From Chiloscyllium plagiosum (taxonomy: Eukaryota), in the NCBI RefSeq assembly GCF_004010195.1, contig NC_057720.1, forward strand, positions 19,178,629 to 19,237,552: a stretch of 58,924 nucleotides of DNA. Reading direction: 5' to 3'. A model generated the notes under the pieces. The model was not told the DNA's origin. It saw only the letters and a program-made list of their open reading frames with translations, and made no database searches. The position numbers and the translations under genes are program-made. Every line of letters starts with the position of its first letter. Within the stretch, counting starts at the first letter, position 1. Below are positions 11,848 through 24,702 of the stretch, piece after piece.

Positions 11848-13660
11848 GTAAGTTGGTTTACTTTGAACGCGCATTTTGCAGCTGTTTGGATTGCAGCATG
11901 TGGCTGATAGATGTGCAGATTTCTACAAGGGCTTCCATGGTTAGTTTGACAGGTAAATGGAAGTGGTATGGCTTCAAATCACCAGTGGTCAGTGTATATC
12001 CCCTAACTACTGTGCCAGTGTTAGATGTTACTGGTCTCGAAATAAGTTCTTGAAGCTTGGATAGAATTATGACCCTTTAGCCTCAAATTTTAGCTGCTTT
12101 AGTTTGCAAGAATGATAGTTTAATTTTCACTGATAACCATAAAAGCCCTTTTATCTTAATGAGTGGCTGCTTTCAAATATAAAAGTGAGTGTGGGTGTTT
12201 CTACTGTCATTTTGTATTTTGCATCATTGTATCTAATGAAATAATGAAGTTGCATGATGTGTACAGGGGGTATTTGGCACTAGAATGGTTCACAATATTC
12301 TTTCCTGACCGGTAAACGCAGATGGAGAATAGAATAACATTTTTTTAAAAACCGGCATTTATGTTATTTGCTACACGTTTACACGTAATATGCCTTACTC
12401 TAGCTCTCAACGAGTGTGATAAATGAAAGCAGAGATTTTTGACTCGCACATTTTCCTGTTCTGTTGGAAAGAAATAGCATTAAAGTCAGCAAAATTCATA
12501 GCTCAATATCTTGGCCTTCACCTGCTGGGTACAGCCAATTAAAATGAGTGATAGATGAGTTTTTTTTTGTCTATGTACTTCCAATTCTGTAGCAGTCTAA
12601 AAGGATATATGTGTCTGATCATTTCAGGTAAGAGATCATTTGTTATCAGAGATAGTGATGTTGTTCCTTTTATAAAGAACTGCAGCACAGAAATAGGTAT
12701 TCAAACCAGTAGGTCCATGTTAGTTCTAGTTATTCTTTATTGGCTGATATTACAATTGTGAAACATCCCTCCTGTATCTTTTTTGTTTTACCATGATTAG
12801 TTGGTTAGCGTGCCTTCACCGAAAATAAATTAGAATTAATAGAAGAACCTTGTTTTATTTTGATGGCTAAATGGTAAGAGGCTGCATATTGAAAATTTGC
12901 ATGTGATTTTGAATGTGTAGTGCTGAAATTTGTAACATTTTTAAGTTGCAGCATCCCTTTCCAAATGAAATGGACAATATTCCTATCCATAGGAAATAAC
13001 ATGCACAGAATTTCGGAATCTGTATTTCGGTTGAAATGTCTTTCTCTTCATCTGGTTTACGCTAATTGAGTAAAGAATTATGTAATAAAAGAAAAAAACA
13101 TGTCTATATAGCACCTTCCATGATCTTCAGTGCCCTTTAATAGTTAGCTAATAGAATATTTTAGCAGTGTTGTCACAGTTAGAGAAAACATGGAGATAAC
13201 AGTAGGGTCCTGTAAATGGTGATGGCCAGATTTTATTTCCATTATATTGGCTGGGGGAAAAATATTAAGCAGAACTGATAATGGAAACAAGCACAGCTTG
13301 CACCTGCACTTAAATGATGCTTTCAACTTTGAGAGTAACTCAGGTTGGTCACTTTGCAAAACAAGTTGTTTTCAGATTTTAAGTGCTTAACATGTTAAGC
13401 TAACCATAAGCTGAAGTAGAGTTTCCATCTTGGATGCTGTCAAAAATCTGTGTTCAAATTGCATTGCTTTTCTGATGTTGGTTCAAGTTTCTGCCTCAAA
13501 TAAATTGCAAAACTACAGATTTTCAAGTGTAATTGGGCAATGTAATAAAATTTGTTCTTTTTTCTCTAATTAAAATAATTTCACTTAAGAATGATAGTCT
13601 GATGCAGTTTCATTAATAAAATTGATAATGAGGAACAAAAATAGGGCATTTTAGTTAAGT

Positions 13661-13801
13661 GTGGAGAGTATGGTGTTGGAAAAGCACAGCAGGTGAGACA
13701 GCATCTGAGGAGTAGGAGGATCAACGTTTCTGGCAAAAGCCCTTCATCATTCATTTTCAGCACCACACATTCGACTCTAATCTCCAGCATCTACTTTTGC
13801 C
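13661..13801. mobile_element. Short inverted Penelope-terminus element with a decayed hammerhead
   Basis: Minus strand reads atgatgaagggcttttgccagaaacgttgat, followed by a short forward arm. Degenerate TSD cattttagttaagt / catttttgctaagt. Confidence 0.7.
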
Positions 13802-14309
13802 CATTTTTGCTAAGTATCTAGTCCTCTATTATATAGACTCTAATTCTAAATAAATGACAATTGCTTGAGAAAGCTATAAGCCATTGGTAAACACTGTGTA
13901 TATTAAATATTTTAAAAACTTCTCAAACATACTTGTGTTTTTTTGTTGTTGTTAAGTAGATAAACAAGCTTAACTTTGAAGAGCAGTTAGGTGCTATCTT
14001 GTATGTGGTAATTGATTAGCACATTGTGAATGGCTATCTGTCTCTGCTTGTGATTCCCCTTCTAAATCACCATTTCCCTTTTTTTAAAAAAAAAAGCCCC
14101 CTGTAAACTATCATCAATGAATCAAGACATTTTCTTTTCTGAGAGCACTTGAGATTTTCTCCAAGGACTATGTATTGTTTTTATTCTCTCTCTAACTTGT
14201 GTTATTAGTCAGGCAGCAACAACACCTTTCTGTACATGTGTTGACAATTAGGGGATTTTGGCTTACACAAAAACAGAATTAGAAGAATTGATTAACATCC
14301 TCAGCAATT

Positions 14310-14410
14310 ATTAACAAACACATAGAGTGCTGCAGAAATTCAGGTCTAGAAGCATCTGTGAAGCAAGAAACAAAGTTAACATTTTGAGTTTGGTATGGCT
14401 TCTTCAGATT
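14310..14410 (-). mobile_element. Decayed Penelope-terminus fragment with a hammerhead remnant
   Basis: Minus strand reads tctgaagaagccataccaaactcaaaatgttaactttg...cagatgct. Similar to the 27325-27425 terminus. Confidence 0.45.
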
Positions 14411-15521
14411 GGGTTGTGGATGTCATTGATTGTCACTTATTGCCCATCCCCAATTGCCCTCACCTCCACCATCCCATGCCTCTCCTCCAAAATATTAATC
14501 TTGTCTGCCCTCTGTTCTCCTTATTCACACACTCAGGGCACCTCTTGACTGACAAAGGACCAATCCCCTGACTTACTATAGCCTCTTTGACTGTTCAGTG
14601 CTTCCCAAATACACCAAGGTGCCACTCTGCTCCCAAATATGTCGTTTGCCAGTTTATCTGTCTATATTACATCAGCACTATATTGTAAGGTATTGTGAGG
14701 TCCAAACTGCAGTAGAATGAACTGTATTAGAAGTGAATCCCAAGTATGCTTTGTTGAGGTGAAGTTGGTACTTTGCCAATGCAGGCAGTCACTGCCTGTG
14801 GAGTGTGCCCTGAGATTTTGGGGAATAATGGTCATGATAGATTGCCAGCAATGATATTGTGGATGTTGCAGCTGCCAGATACTTGCTCTAACTGCAGAAA
14901 ACTGTTTCTGCTAAGTTTCTCTCCACTATCTGGGAAAACACCAGCGTAGTGACGTTGCCATTACATCCTGCCGCCCCTGAAAATTTATTATTAAAGTAGC
15001 TGAAGGTGGTTACGCCTTGGCATTAAGACACTGTTCTGGTTGTTTTTAATCAGCCTGTTCAGAAATGTTGACACAAATGTTGTTGGGTCATTATTACTGC
15101 ACCGCAAGACCTGTCCTTCATTGTTCTATGTGGTTGAGATAATAGGCTGCAACCAGCTACACTTTGTGAATTATGTGACTTCAATTAGTGGAAATTTTTT
15201 CCCCGTTTATACAACTGATTTTACTCATATGTGAGACATGACATGACACCAAATATCAGTTACAGCACCGTGCTGCCCTGTATCCACAGGATTAAGGTGG
15301 GAGTCCACTTCCTAATCCAAAGGAGCAGATGTCCTGAATATTATTTTGGCTACAATCTGCTAATTTGCTACTTAGCATTTTAATTTTGAGGCGAAACTTG
15401 AAATTACACAGGGATGCAGCAACTTGAATGTAGTTGATGCTGTTTATACACAAGTATTGTGATTGATGTAAGTGTAGAACATTTGTAATGATTACTTTCT
15501 CTTTTCATATGAACTATGAAG

Positions 15522-15536
15522 CTTTCAATAAAGCTG
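15522..15536 (+). CDS. FNBP1L: FNBP1L 15-nt microexon (LSIKL)
   Basis: tttctcttttcatatgaactatgaAG|CTTTCAATAAAGCTG|GTaagc; phase 0-0. Sits between KRG and the HR1 exon, where FNBP1/FNBP1L carry a 5-aa microexon (recalled as LSLKL and WSVKM). Confidence 0.75.
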
Positions 15537-17186
15537 GTAAGCGTGACTTTCAACCAAAGGTTTCTTTAACATTCTTTTTGTGAAGGTGTGTGTGGTTGAA
15601 TTGTCTAATCTACTTTTAAGAAGCTTATACCTGAAAATCTCAGCTTTATTTATTAATCTATGTCAATTGCTGGAAGTCTGTTAGTTGAGTTGTCTTGCTT
15701 CCCTTACTTTAAAGACTTAATAGTATTCATTTTCAGTAATAGTTATTTGATGGTTTGGCAGCAAGCTGAAAATTTACTGCAGTGTTCTTCATCTCAATCC
15801 CATTCCAAGCATGTGAAAAGAGCTGACGCATTTTGTTGGTATTGGGCTATTGCTGTGTGTGTTTACATGTAACCAGTCTTTTAAGATGCATTTTCATTCT
15901 GTTCCCAACTGGTCATCCTAATCCCTTCACCCATCACATCATTAAACCCCTTTGGCAGTAAGCCTGAGCTTTGGTATTTTTCTTGGTCTCCTTTGTTATT
16001 CCTTCTCTCACTCTTCCCATTCTTTCAGGATAGAAAGGACTTTCCTAAATGTGAAATGGTATCCAGCATCCTGACCTTGAACTGTAGATACTCTGAATAA
16101 AAATAATCTGGCGTAAATGACAGTTATAGGAGTCAAATGCATATCATTTATCACTGGGAGTCAAGTCTGTTGTCCAGATTGATATGCAGTCATGGTTGAG
16201 AGACTTCTGCACGGCTCCTAAAGTTTTCTGTTTTACTGTTCTATTTAAAAATTTGTACATTTATTTTTTGATCATTAGTCAAAAGTAATTTTGTCCTTCG
16301 TTGCCTCCTTTTCCTTCAACTGTGACTAAAGTTGGAATCATAGAATTTTACAGAAGAGACAATTTGTCCCATCATATCTGTACCAGCTCCTGAAAGAGCT
16401 ACTCAGCTATTCAGTTATCAGTGTTCTGCTACCTTCAGCTTATTTTTGGTTTCTATTGTCCCCTTTCCAACCTGTTCTATTTCAAATCCTTGGTAGCTTT
16501 TGAGCACATTGAAAGATGCATCATTAACTTGTGTGTATTGCGTTACTATTACTAATCGACAGTGTTGACACATAGAATATATGTCTTTTGCTTTTCTCTA
16601 ACATTCTTTTGTACTAGTATACACACAGTTTATTCATGATTTACAATGCAATGCTGCTATGCTAAAATGAATAGATAAAGTGGGCATGAAATACTTGTTT
16701 TAAGACTGAGCTAAGTCTTAATAGATAAAAAATATCTAATGGTATCAACAAATTTTAAAAATCCTGTTCTCAAGAAGCATGTCCACAACACAGCAGTGAT
16801 TGCACTGAAATATTTTGGAAATGTATGTGTGTCATAATAAATGTTACCTTCAACTTGTCTAGTGTGTATGATACTCTTCATTAGGACATCTGATCTGTTG
16901 TGGCAAGTGATCTGTTATTGAGCCATGGTTCAAATTTTCATTACCTATGGAGTTTTTAGGAAAATTATAGTACTCTAGCAGAAAATGTTGAGTAGGAATT
17001 TTGCTGTAAGTTTATCGTGCTGCATCAAATCAGTTGACCTAAGAATCATGTCAATCTGTAACTGTAAAGTTGGATTTAGCTTTGCATTGGATGTCACTGC
17101 TTTTGTATGTATACAAGGCAATTCTGCACAGTGGTACGGAATTAGTGTTAAGCACATAGTAGCCATTAGTTTCATTTTTGTTATAG

Positions 17187-17296
17187 GGAACTGTGTCAGA
17201 AGACTTTAGTCATCTGCCACCAGAACAGAGGCGCAAGAAACTGCAACAAAGGATTGATGAACTTAACAAGGAATTGCAGAAAGAAATGGATCAAAG
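17187..17296 (+). CDS. FNBP1L: FNBP1L coding exon, start of HR1 domain ([36 protein letters not shown])
   Basis: ttttgttatAG acceptor and AG|GTctgt donor; 110 nt, phase 0-2. Carries the [17 protein letters not shown] signature. Confidence 0.95.
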
Positions 17297-18684
17297 GTCT
17301 GTGGTTCGCTACATCACACTTAGCTGTGAAGTGTTATGGTATTAAGCATTATAAATCCTTTGTATAATTCAGAATAAGTCTGCGTTTACTCATGGACACT
17401 GTAGTCAGACAAACCACAGAAAAACATCAATGCAATAGGAATGAGGTTAACTGACTTCTTATTTTGGTCGGTAATGTACTGTCAAAACTGGCGGATGAAG
17501 TAGTAGATGTACTCTTTCACTTACTGATTTAAACTTGAAAGTAAACATAACCATGCCATAGTAATTTTGCATAGGTCTGACTATTGGGACCGACAGTGAC
17601 CACTTCAAGTGGCAGGAGCCTTAATGTTTATTTAAGAATATATGGCAAGAACCAAGAAATTACTAGCTTAGGATGTCATTATTGATGATATTTGTTTAAA
17701 AAATGAATTATATTTACTTTGTTAGGAGTACAAAAGGCTTAAGTAGGGCGTATAAGCTTCAGGGTTGGCTGGTAAGTAAAACTATAGAACTAGGTCATAA
17801 TGACCTCATTGTCGCACATTTACCTGAGTATTTGTTTAGGTGGTATCCACATGAGCAACATTTTGTATCCTAAGGTTGAATTCACTGCTCTGAACCAAAA
17901 GGCAGAAGAACCTAATTTCTGTAATAGTTACTACTGGAAGGTTGACCGTTGAAAATTGGGTTAGGGTTGGTGATAAATGATGACCTGTATTACTAAATAG
18001 CTTGCTGATAGTTTCATACATGAAAGATGACCATGCAACATATCCTTGTTCACACACAAACCTTTCCTCCGAAAAAAGTGTGTTGGAGATCTCTAATCCC
18101 TGCTGCATTTCCCTAGCACCATCCTGAACAATCAAAGTTGACTTGCCTGGTTTGAAGTTAATCAGTTCATTAAGGCAGTGCCTGTTGCACCTCTATACCT
18201 GAGCGCAACCACTCAACCCCCTCTTCACGTGCTATATAAATTGTTCTTTTCTTTCTAATGTTATTTTCCTTGTTTTTCAATAATGATGAGCGCAAGATGA
18301 AAAATTTTTACTTCATATGTGTTTCTTTTTCGCAACATTTCAAGTTCTGTGCCAATAAGCAATTATTTTAAATTTTGTTTCAGAAATTGCCGTAGTGCCC
18401 CCTAGAGTGCAAAACCTTATCCATCACAACAGCATTCACTGATCTTTTAAATCTTCCTCTCCTCAACCTATCCAATGCTGAGTAGAGAAAGCAATCCAAA
18501 GACCACCAGCCTTTGTAACATTGTTTTTCAGTTTAGGGCTTAAATCTTTAAACGTCCTTAATCTTAACATATACTTCAATTCAAGCAATTGGTTCTAACA
18601 GGTGTGAGAGGAAAATTTTCCAGAACTAGTGTAGGGAGGCTTCAAAATATATATTTTAATAACTTCCTCAACTTATATTTTTTG

Positions 18685-20480
18685 AGGTAACCAGGGTAAA
18701 GAGTGCATTTATTGTATTATTACTTGTGGATTTTAGCTCTGCTTTTAATAAGATCTCACATGATTGCCTTGCCATGAAATTAAAAACCCATAGTATCCAA
18801 GGAGGACTGGCAAGTTGGATCCACTCTTGGTTTAAGGCTGTTTGCTTTGGAGTTCTGCAGTGTTCAATACTAAGTCCCTTGCTTTTTTGTAGTTTGCCAA
18901 TGATTTATTCTTAAATGTAGTGAATGTGCTTAAATGATTTGCAGATGATACAATTGGCAATGAAGAAGAAAGCTGTAGATTACAGGAAAGTATGAATGAG
19001 TAAATCAGGTGAGCAGAACAGTGTCAAATGGAATACAGTTGGAAGTGGAAGTGTGTGAGGTGTGAGATGATGATCCTTAACTCCACTTTCCTGCCTTTTC
19101 CCAATAAACCATGATTTCCTTACTGATTAAGCATTTATCACAACTTTGAATATACTTCATGGCCCATCCTCTGTGGTGAAGAATTCCTCAAATTTAGTAC
19201 CCTCAGAAATTCCTCTGCATCTCTGACTTAAATACTTGACTCCTTGTTCTGAGATTAACCTCTCTTGTCCTCAATAGTCTATAACTTTAAATATGAGCAG
19301 TTATGAGGGCATGAAAGCAGAACTTAAGTAAATTAGCAAATTAGATTAATGGATAGGGCAATAGAGATGGCAGACACACGGTAATATTTCAGAACATACA
19401 GAATGGATACATTAATGTAAGAAAAAAATCCAGGTGAAAGACCTTTTTTGTCAAGTAGAAATGTTAAGAATAGTATCAAACTAGAGTAAAAAGCTATAAT
19501 TGCTCAAAGGCAGCTTGCAGTTCAGAAGTTTAAACATAATATAAACAACACAACAAGGAATGATGAACAAAACTACGAAGAGGAAAAAGTTGGAGCATGA
19601 GAGAGCGAGCTCACCAGAAACACAAACAAGGTGAGCATTGATTTCATAGAGAGTGAAACTGGACAATTAATGATGGAAAATAAGGAAATGACAGATGAAT
19701 TGAATTTGTTTTTGTCACTCTTCACTATAGAGGATATAATTAACATTCCAGAAGCAGTTTTGAATCAGGAAATGGAAGAGAGGGAGAAACTCTGGAATAT
19801 CACCATCACGAGAGAAGTGGTGATGAATACATTTTGAAGCTATAGACTGACGAGTGCCCAAATCCTGATATCTTAAAAGAAGCAGCTAGTGAGATAGTTG
19901 ATGTTTTGGTTTTAATTTTCTAAAACTCCATTGATTTGTAGATAGTCTCATTAGATGGGAAGAAAACAAGTGTAACTCACTTGTTCAATAAGGAAGGTTT
20001 ACGTATCGCAAGGAACTACAGACTGAGTATTTTAACATTTGCTGTCTTTAATAATAATTTCTAACATTTTCCCTATATATTCAATACATAATTTCAGTTG
20101 CATGACACTGTAATCTTTTGCTATAAATTCTGTCTTAGGATCCTCTTCCAAAGCTACATGATGAAAGCTACTGATCCGAAAGCTAGTTCTTCCAAATAAA
20201 CTTGTTGGACTATAACCTGGTGTTATGTGATTTTTAACTTTGTCCACTCCAGTCCAACACCAGCACCGCCACATCATCATTTAAACAGGGCAATAATAAG
20301 ACCGTATTTGGAGCACTGCATAGTTTTAGGCAAGGAAGTATGTAAATCAATGGAGGCAGTTCAGGGAAGTTTTTCTTGATTTAATGCTTGGAATCGGTGG
20401 GTTGTCTTGAGGTTAAATTGAATGATCCAAGATTGTATTCACTAGAGTTTGGGAGAGTAAGAAGCAACTTGGTTGAAATG
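18685..20480. mobile_element. Cluster of old CR1 LINE fragments, mostly + strand
   Basis: Decayed CR1 ORF2 peptides such as DFSSAFNKISHD and ENKEMTDELN..F...FT.ED. Interrupted by the Penelope-type insert near 20060-20276. Confidence 0.7.
20060..20276 (+). mobile_element. Penelope-type terminus of a second family, with a decayed hammerhead (GAAAGCTA stem III variant)
   Basis: atgatgaaagctactgatccgaaagctag at about 20158-20186 resembles CUGAUGA...CCGAAAGCUA with a palindromic AGCU. It is followed by aataaacttgttggactataacctggtg. Confidence 0.5.
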
Positions 20481-21113
20481 TTCTGAATTGTGTTTCCTCT
20501 AATTTGTTTTCTATTGCAAGACCTCCAAGAGCTGAAGCCAGGCACCAATGCATTAGTATGCTGGTGTGCATCTGCGCAACTGTGAAGCTTGGAGAAAATG
20601 CCTATCCTGACAGCTATTGACAGAGTAAAGATGCTGTTTCCTCTTATGGGAGAATCAGAAACTAGGTGTCATTTTTTAAAAATTAAAGGCTAGGTGAAAT
20701 TCTTTGAGGATCATGAGTCTTTGGAACTCTTACTGAAAAGATACTGAAAGCAGAGCCTTTGCCTATTTTTAAGACAGGGGATACAAGGTTTTTCAGTTAG
20801 ACAGGAATGTGTATTTAAAGTTAAAATCCAATTATCTCGTTTTTTCTTTAATGGTGGAACAGACTCGAAGGGTTAAATGGCCTACATCTGTTCCTTGCTC
20901 ATAATATAGCAATTTAAGATACTGCATTAATTTATATAATTGTACATGAAGTCATATAAGCTCCTGAAACTCATTAATTTTGCCTGGATTATAATCAGAG
21001 GATTTAATGGTAAAAATTTAAATGAAAATTAAACAGTTCAGATCTACTGATATGTCATTTATTTTATGTAAAGTGCACTAATAAGTCTGAATTTTATTTC
21101 TATTTTTTCTTAG

Positions 21114-21246
21114 AGATGCCTTAAACAAAATGAAAGATGTTTATGAACGAAATCCTCAGATGGGTGATTCTGGAAGCTTGCACCCAAAGATTTCAGAGAC
21201 CATGTGTAACATTGACAAACTCCGTCATGAGATTCAAAAGCATGAG
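21114..21246 (+). CDS. FNBP1L: FNBP1L coding exon, HR1 ([45 protein letters not shown])
   Basis: ttttttcttAG acceptor and GAG|GTaaat donor; 133 nt, phase 2-0, compatible with the previous exon. KMKDVY..NPQMGD motif. Confidence 0.95.
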
Positions 21247-22005
21247 GTAAATTCAAAAATAATATATTTATTGCATTAAAGATGTCAGAGTTGCACATTA
21301 CTCACATATTTTAAGTATTGGGTATGCTGTAAATTGTCTGACACATCTAATTTTGTTGGTTTGTAGCTGAGTACAAACATGTCAAGTCAGCGGAAAGATA
21401 TTGCACGTTAGAGGATAAAGACACCAAGTCACAGGTGATTTGGTGGTGGCTTGTTTAAAAAAGACCAAAAGTTATAGATTTGATTTCTGGTCAGAACTGA
21501 CCTGAGTTTGTGTTTGGAGAGCTTTCTTTAACTTCAATAACTCTAGACTAAGAAAAAAAACATGGAATGAGTCCTGTTATTGGATACTGTCCAATGGCAA
21601 ATGTAAGTGTTTTGAGTGAGGGCAGAAGTATACTCTTGATTCTAATATAGATTGATATAGGTTAAGTAATCAAGCATTTACTATCCATACTCATTTTTCA
21701 TTAATTTGTACTGTCAGTGTTTTTTAAAAAAAATCACACAAGTATAAGTACATTTCGGAGAAACGGGCTATCGGTTAGCGTTGGATGAATCCAACTTAAC
21801 TGATTTCACCCAAAAGAATTTTCAATAGCCTTTCTACTTCAAGTGGAGGTACATCATGTCTAAGTTGTACCGTGACACTACAGAACTTGATAGACCATAT
21901 GTTTCTTTTCAGTTTTCTTCACAGTTATGAAACTGATCTGTGAAACTGCATTATAAGCTGGTTGGAATGGAACTTATTTCAGAATCATTTATCACAACAA
22001 ATTAC

Positions 22006-22845
22006 AACGAAGACCGTTCCCTCCATGACTACCTGGTCAGGTCCACGCCCCCCTACAACCCACCCTCCCATCCTGGCACCTTCCCCTGCCACCGCAGGAA
22101 TTGCAAAACCTGCACCCACACCACCTCCCTCACCTCCATCCAAGGCCCTAAAGGAGCCTTCCACATCCATCAAAGTTTTACCTGTACATCCACCAATATC
22201 ATTTATTGTATCCGTTGCTCCCGATGCGGTCTCCTCTACATTGGGGAGACTGGACGCCTCCTAGCAGAGCGCTTTAGGGAACATCTCTGGGACACCCGCA
22301 CCAATCAACTACACTGCCCTGTGGCCCAATATTTCAACTCCCCCTCCCACTCTCTGCCGAGGACATGGAGGTCCTGGGCCTCCTTCACTGCCGCTCCCTC
22401 ACCACCAGACACCTGGAGGAAGAACGCCTCATCTTCCGCCTCGGAACACTTCAACCCCAGGGCATCAATGTGGACTTCAACAGTTTCCTCATTTCCCCTT
22501 CCCCCACCTCACCCTAGTTCCAAACTTCCAGCTCAGCACTGTCCCCATGACTTCTCCTACCTGCCTATCTTCTTTTCCACCTATCCACTCCACCCTCCTC
22601 CCTGACCTATCACCTTCATCCCCTCCCCCACTCACCTATTGTACTCTATGCTACTTTCTCCCCACCCCCACCCTTCTCCCACTTATCTCTCCACCCTTCA
22701 GGCTCTCGACCTGTATTCCTGATGAAGGGCTTTTGCCCGAAACGTCGATTTTACTGCTCCTTGGATGCTGCCTGAACTGCTGTGCTTTTCCAGCACCACT
22801 CTAATCTAGAGTCTGGTTTCCAGCATCTGCAGTCATTGTTTTTAC
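22006..22845 (+). mobile_element. 5'-truncated Penelope-like element (Cys-rich linker, GIY-YIG endonuclease, pLTR with hammerhead)
   Basis: Encodes FPCHRRNCKTC and NIIYCIRCSRCGLLYIGETGR..ERFREH (GIY-YIG), then after a frameshift LEEERLIFRLGTLQPQGINVDF. TSD cacaacaaattac (21993-22005) / cataacaaattac (22846-22858). Confidence 0.92.
22715..22750 (+). ncRNA. Minimal type I hammerhead ribozyme motif, intact core (predicted cleavage after C22746)
   Basis: attc-CTGATGA-A-GGGC-TTTT-GCCC-GAAA-CG-TC-gatt: conserved core, 4-bp stem II with tetraloop, palindromic ACGT stem III, GUC triplet. Lies in a Penelope pLTR. Stem I is weak. Confidence 0.8.
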
Positions 22846-23135
22846 CATAACAAATTACCTGTCCTAAGTTTAGACTATCAAGAACTTTTACAGTTGAACT
22901 TGAAGTACTTTTTGATGAAGGAAAAGGACAGGTTCTGGACTGGAAGGTATCCTGCATGGTGCATCCTAAAGTTCTCTTAGTTAATTGAAACTATTGTACT
23001 GTTGTATTGTTTTGTGTTTTATGACTAGTTAATTATTTTTGACTGCAATGGACAGTGTTAAAGTAAACTCTAGTGAACAGACAACATGATGATTTGATTT
23101 GACTATAACACTGATAATGCATCAACCTCTTTAAG

Positions 23136-23254
23136 ATGTGGCTCTTTGAGGTTGAAAACAGAACATGTCCAAGAGGAGATAGACGATTAAGTGGTGGCAC
23201 TGCATTTGAACGACCTGCTGAAATTAACCATCATGGAACACCTGGCAGGGAAAG
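23136..23254 (+). CDS. FNBP1L: FNBP1L coding exon, end of HR1 and linker (MWLFEVENRTCPRGDRRLSGGTAFERPAEINHHGTPGRE)
   Basis: ctctttaAG acceptor and AG|GTacgc donor; 119 nt, phase 0-2. WL.EVE, RGDRR and GRES match FNBP1L. Confidence 0.88.
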
Positions 23255-23849
23255 GTACGCATAAAACTGCTGTAGTCGTTAAAGAAGTTGTAATTGACTT
23301 CAATCAAATGGTTTATAAGATAAATATAAAATAAATCAGCACGGAATTTAATTTCGAGTTAAAACTCCTGATTTGATTACATTGGATTTTTTGATTTTGT
23401 AATTTTTGTTTACTAATTTATAAGGATGAGCCTTTCAGTCAGTTGAAAGGACAAATCAAAAGCTGGAATCAATTTACTGCTTTAGATATGTTCAAATCAA
23501 CAGAGGCTAGAAATTTATAACTGCGTCATAAATTTGCGAAATATCAAAGAACATGGGATTTAAAACCTGTAACGCAGAGGTTAATATTAGATAGATATTA
23601 TGCAACTTTCAAGCAGTAAACAAGTATATTGAAAGAATCTGCCACATATGGGTGGTTATTAAAACCTCTCATCATGCTCCAGTTCACATAGTATAAATTA
23701 GATTTTAGGAATTTGTTCTCCGGTTAACCAAGGCACCCATTGCTGGCGTACTGCTCCTAAACAGTGTCAGAATATTTGCTAAAGACTGTAAATGTGATAA
23801 ACCTGGCACATAGGAAGATGTTTTTGTTGGAAGTCAGTCATCTCAGGAC

Positions 23850-24702
23850 ATAGAACATGGAACAATACAGCTCAGAGCAGGCCCTTCGGCCCTCGATTTT
23901 GCACTGACCTGTGAATTAATCTAAGCCCATCCCCCTACACTATCCCATTATCATCCATGTGCTTATCCAAGGATTGTTTAAATCTCCCTAATGTGGCTGA
24001 GTTAACTACATTGGTAGGCAAGGCATTCCATGCCCTTACCACTCTCTGCGTAAAGAACCTGCCTCTGACATCTGTCTTAAATCTATCACCCCTCAATTTG
24101 TCGCCAAGCCCCCTTGTACAAGCTGACATCATCCTAGGAAAAAGACTTTGTGTCTCCCCTATCTAATCCTCTGATCATCTAGTATGTCTCTATCAAATCC
24201 CCTCTTAACCTTCTTCTTTCTAATGAAAATAGACCCAACTGTCTCAGCCTTTTCTCATAAGACCTTCCCTCCAGACCAGGCAACATCCTGGTAAGTCTCC
24301 TCTGTGCCTTTTCCAATGCTTCCACATCCTCCTTGTAATGGGGTGACCAGAACTGTAAACAATATTCCAGGTGCGCATGACATCATGGCTCCGGAACTCA
24401 ATTCCTCTACCAATAAAACCGAACACACCATATTCCTTCTCAACAGCACTATCAATCTGGGTGGCAACTTTCATGGATCTATGTACATTGACTCCAACAT
24501 CCCTCTGCATATCCACACTACCAAGAATCTTTCCATTGACCAGTATTCTGCCTTCCTGTTATTCTTCCCAAAGTGAATCACCTCACACTCATCTGCATTG
24601 AACTTCATTTGCCACCTCTTACCCCAATTCTGCAGTTTATCCAAGTCCCCCGACAACCTACAACATTCTTCCACACTGTCCACTACTCCACTGACTTTGG
24701 TG
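23850..24702 (-). mobile_element. CR1 LINE 3' fragment
   Basis: ORFs give DLDKLQNW..RWQMKFNADECEVIHFGKNN and RFKTDVRGRFFTQRVVRAWNALP. CR1 tail at about 23850. Confidence 0.88.

Noticed and set aside
21940..22605. 221-aa ORF as a host gene
   Set aside because: It is a chimera of intron sequence and a 5'-truncated, frameshifted Penelope GIY-YIG fragment bounded by a TSD.
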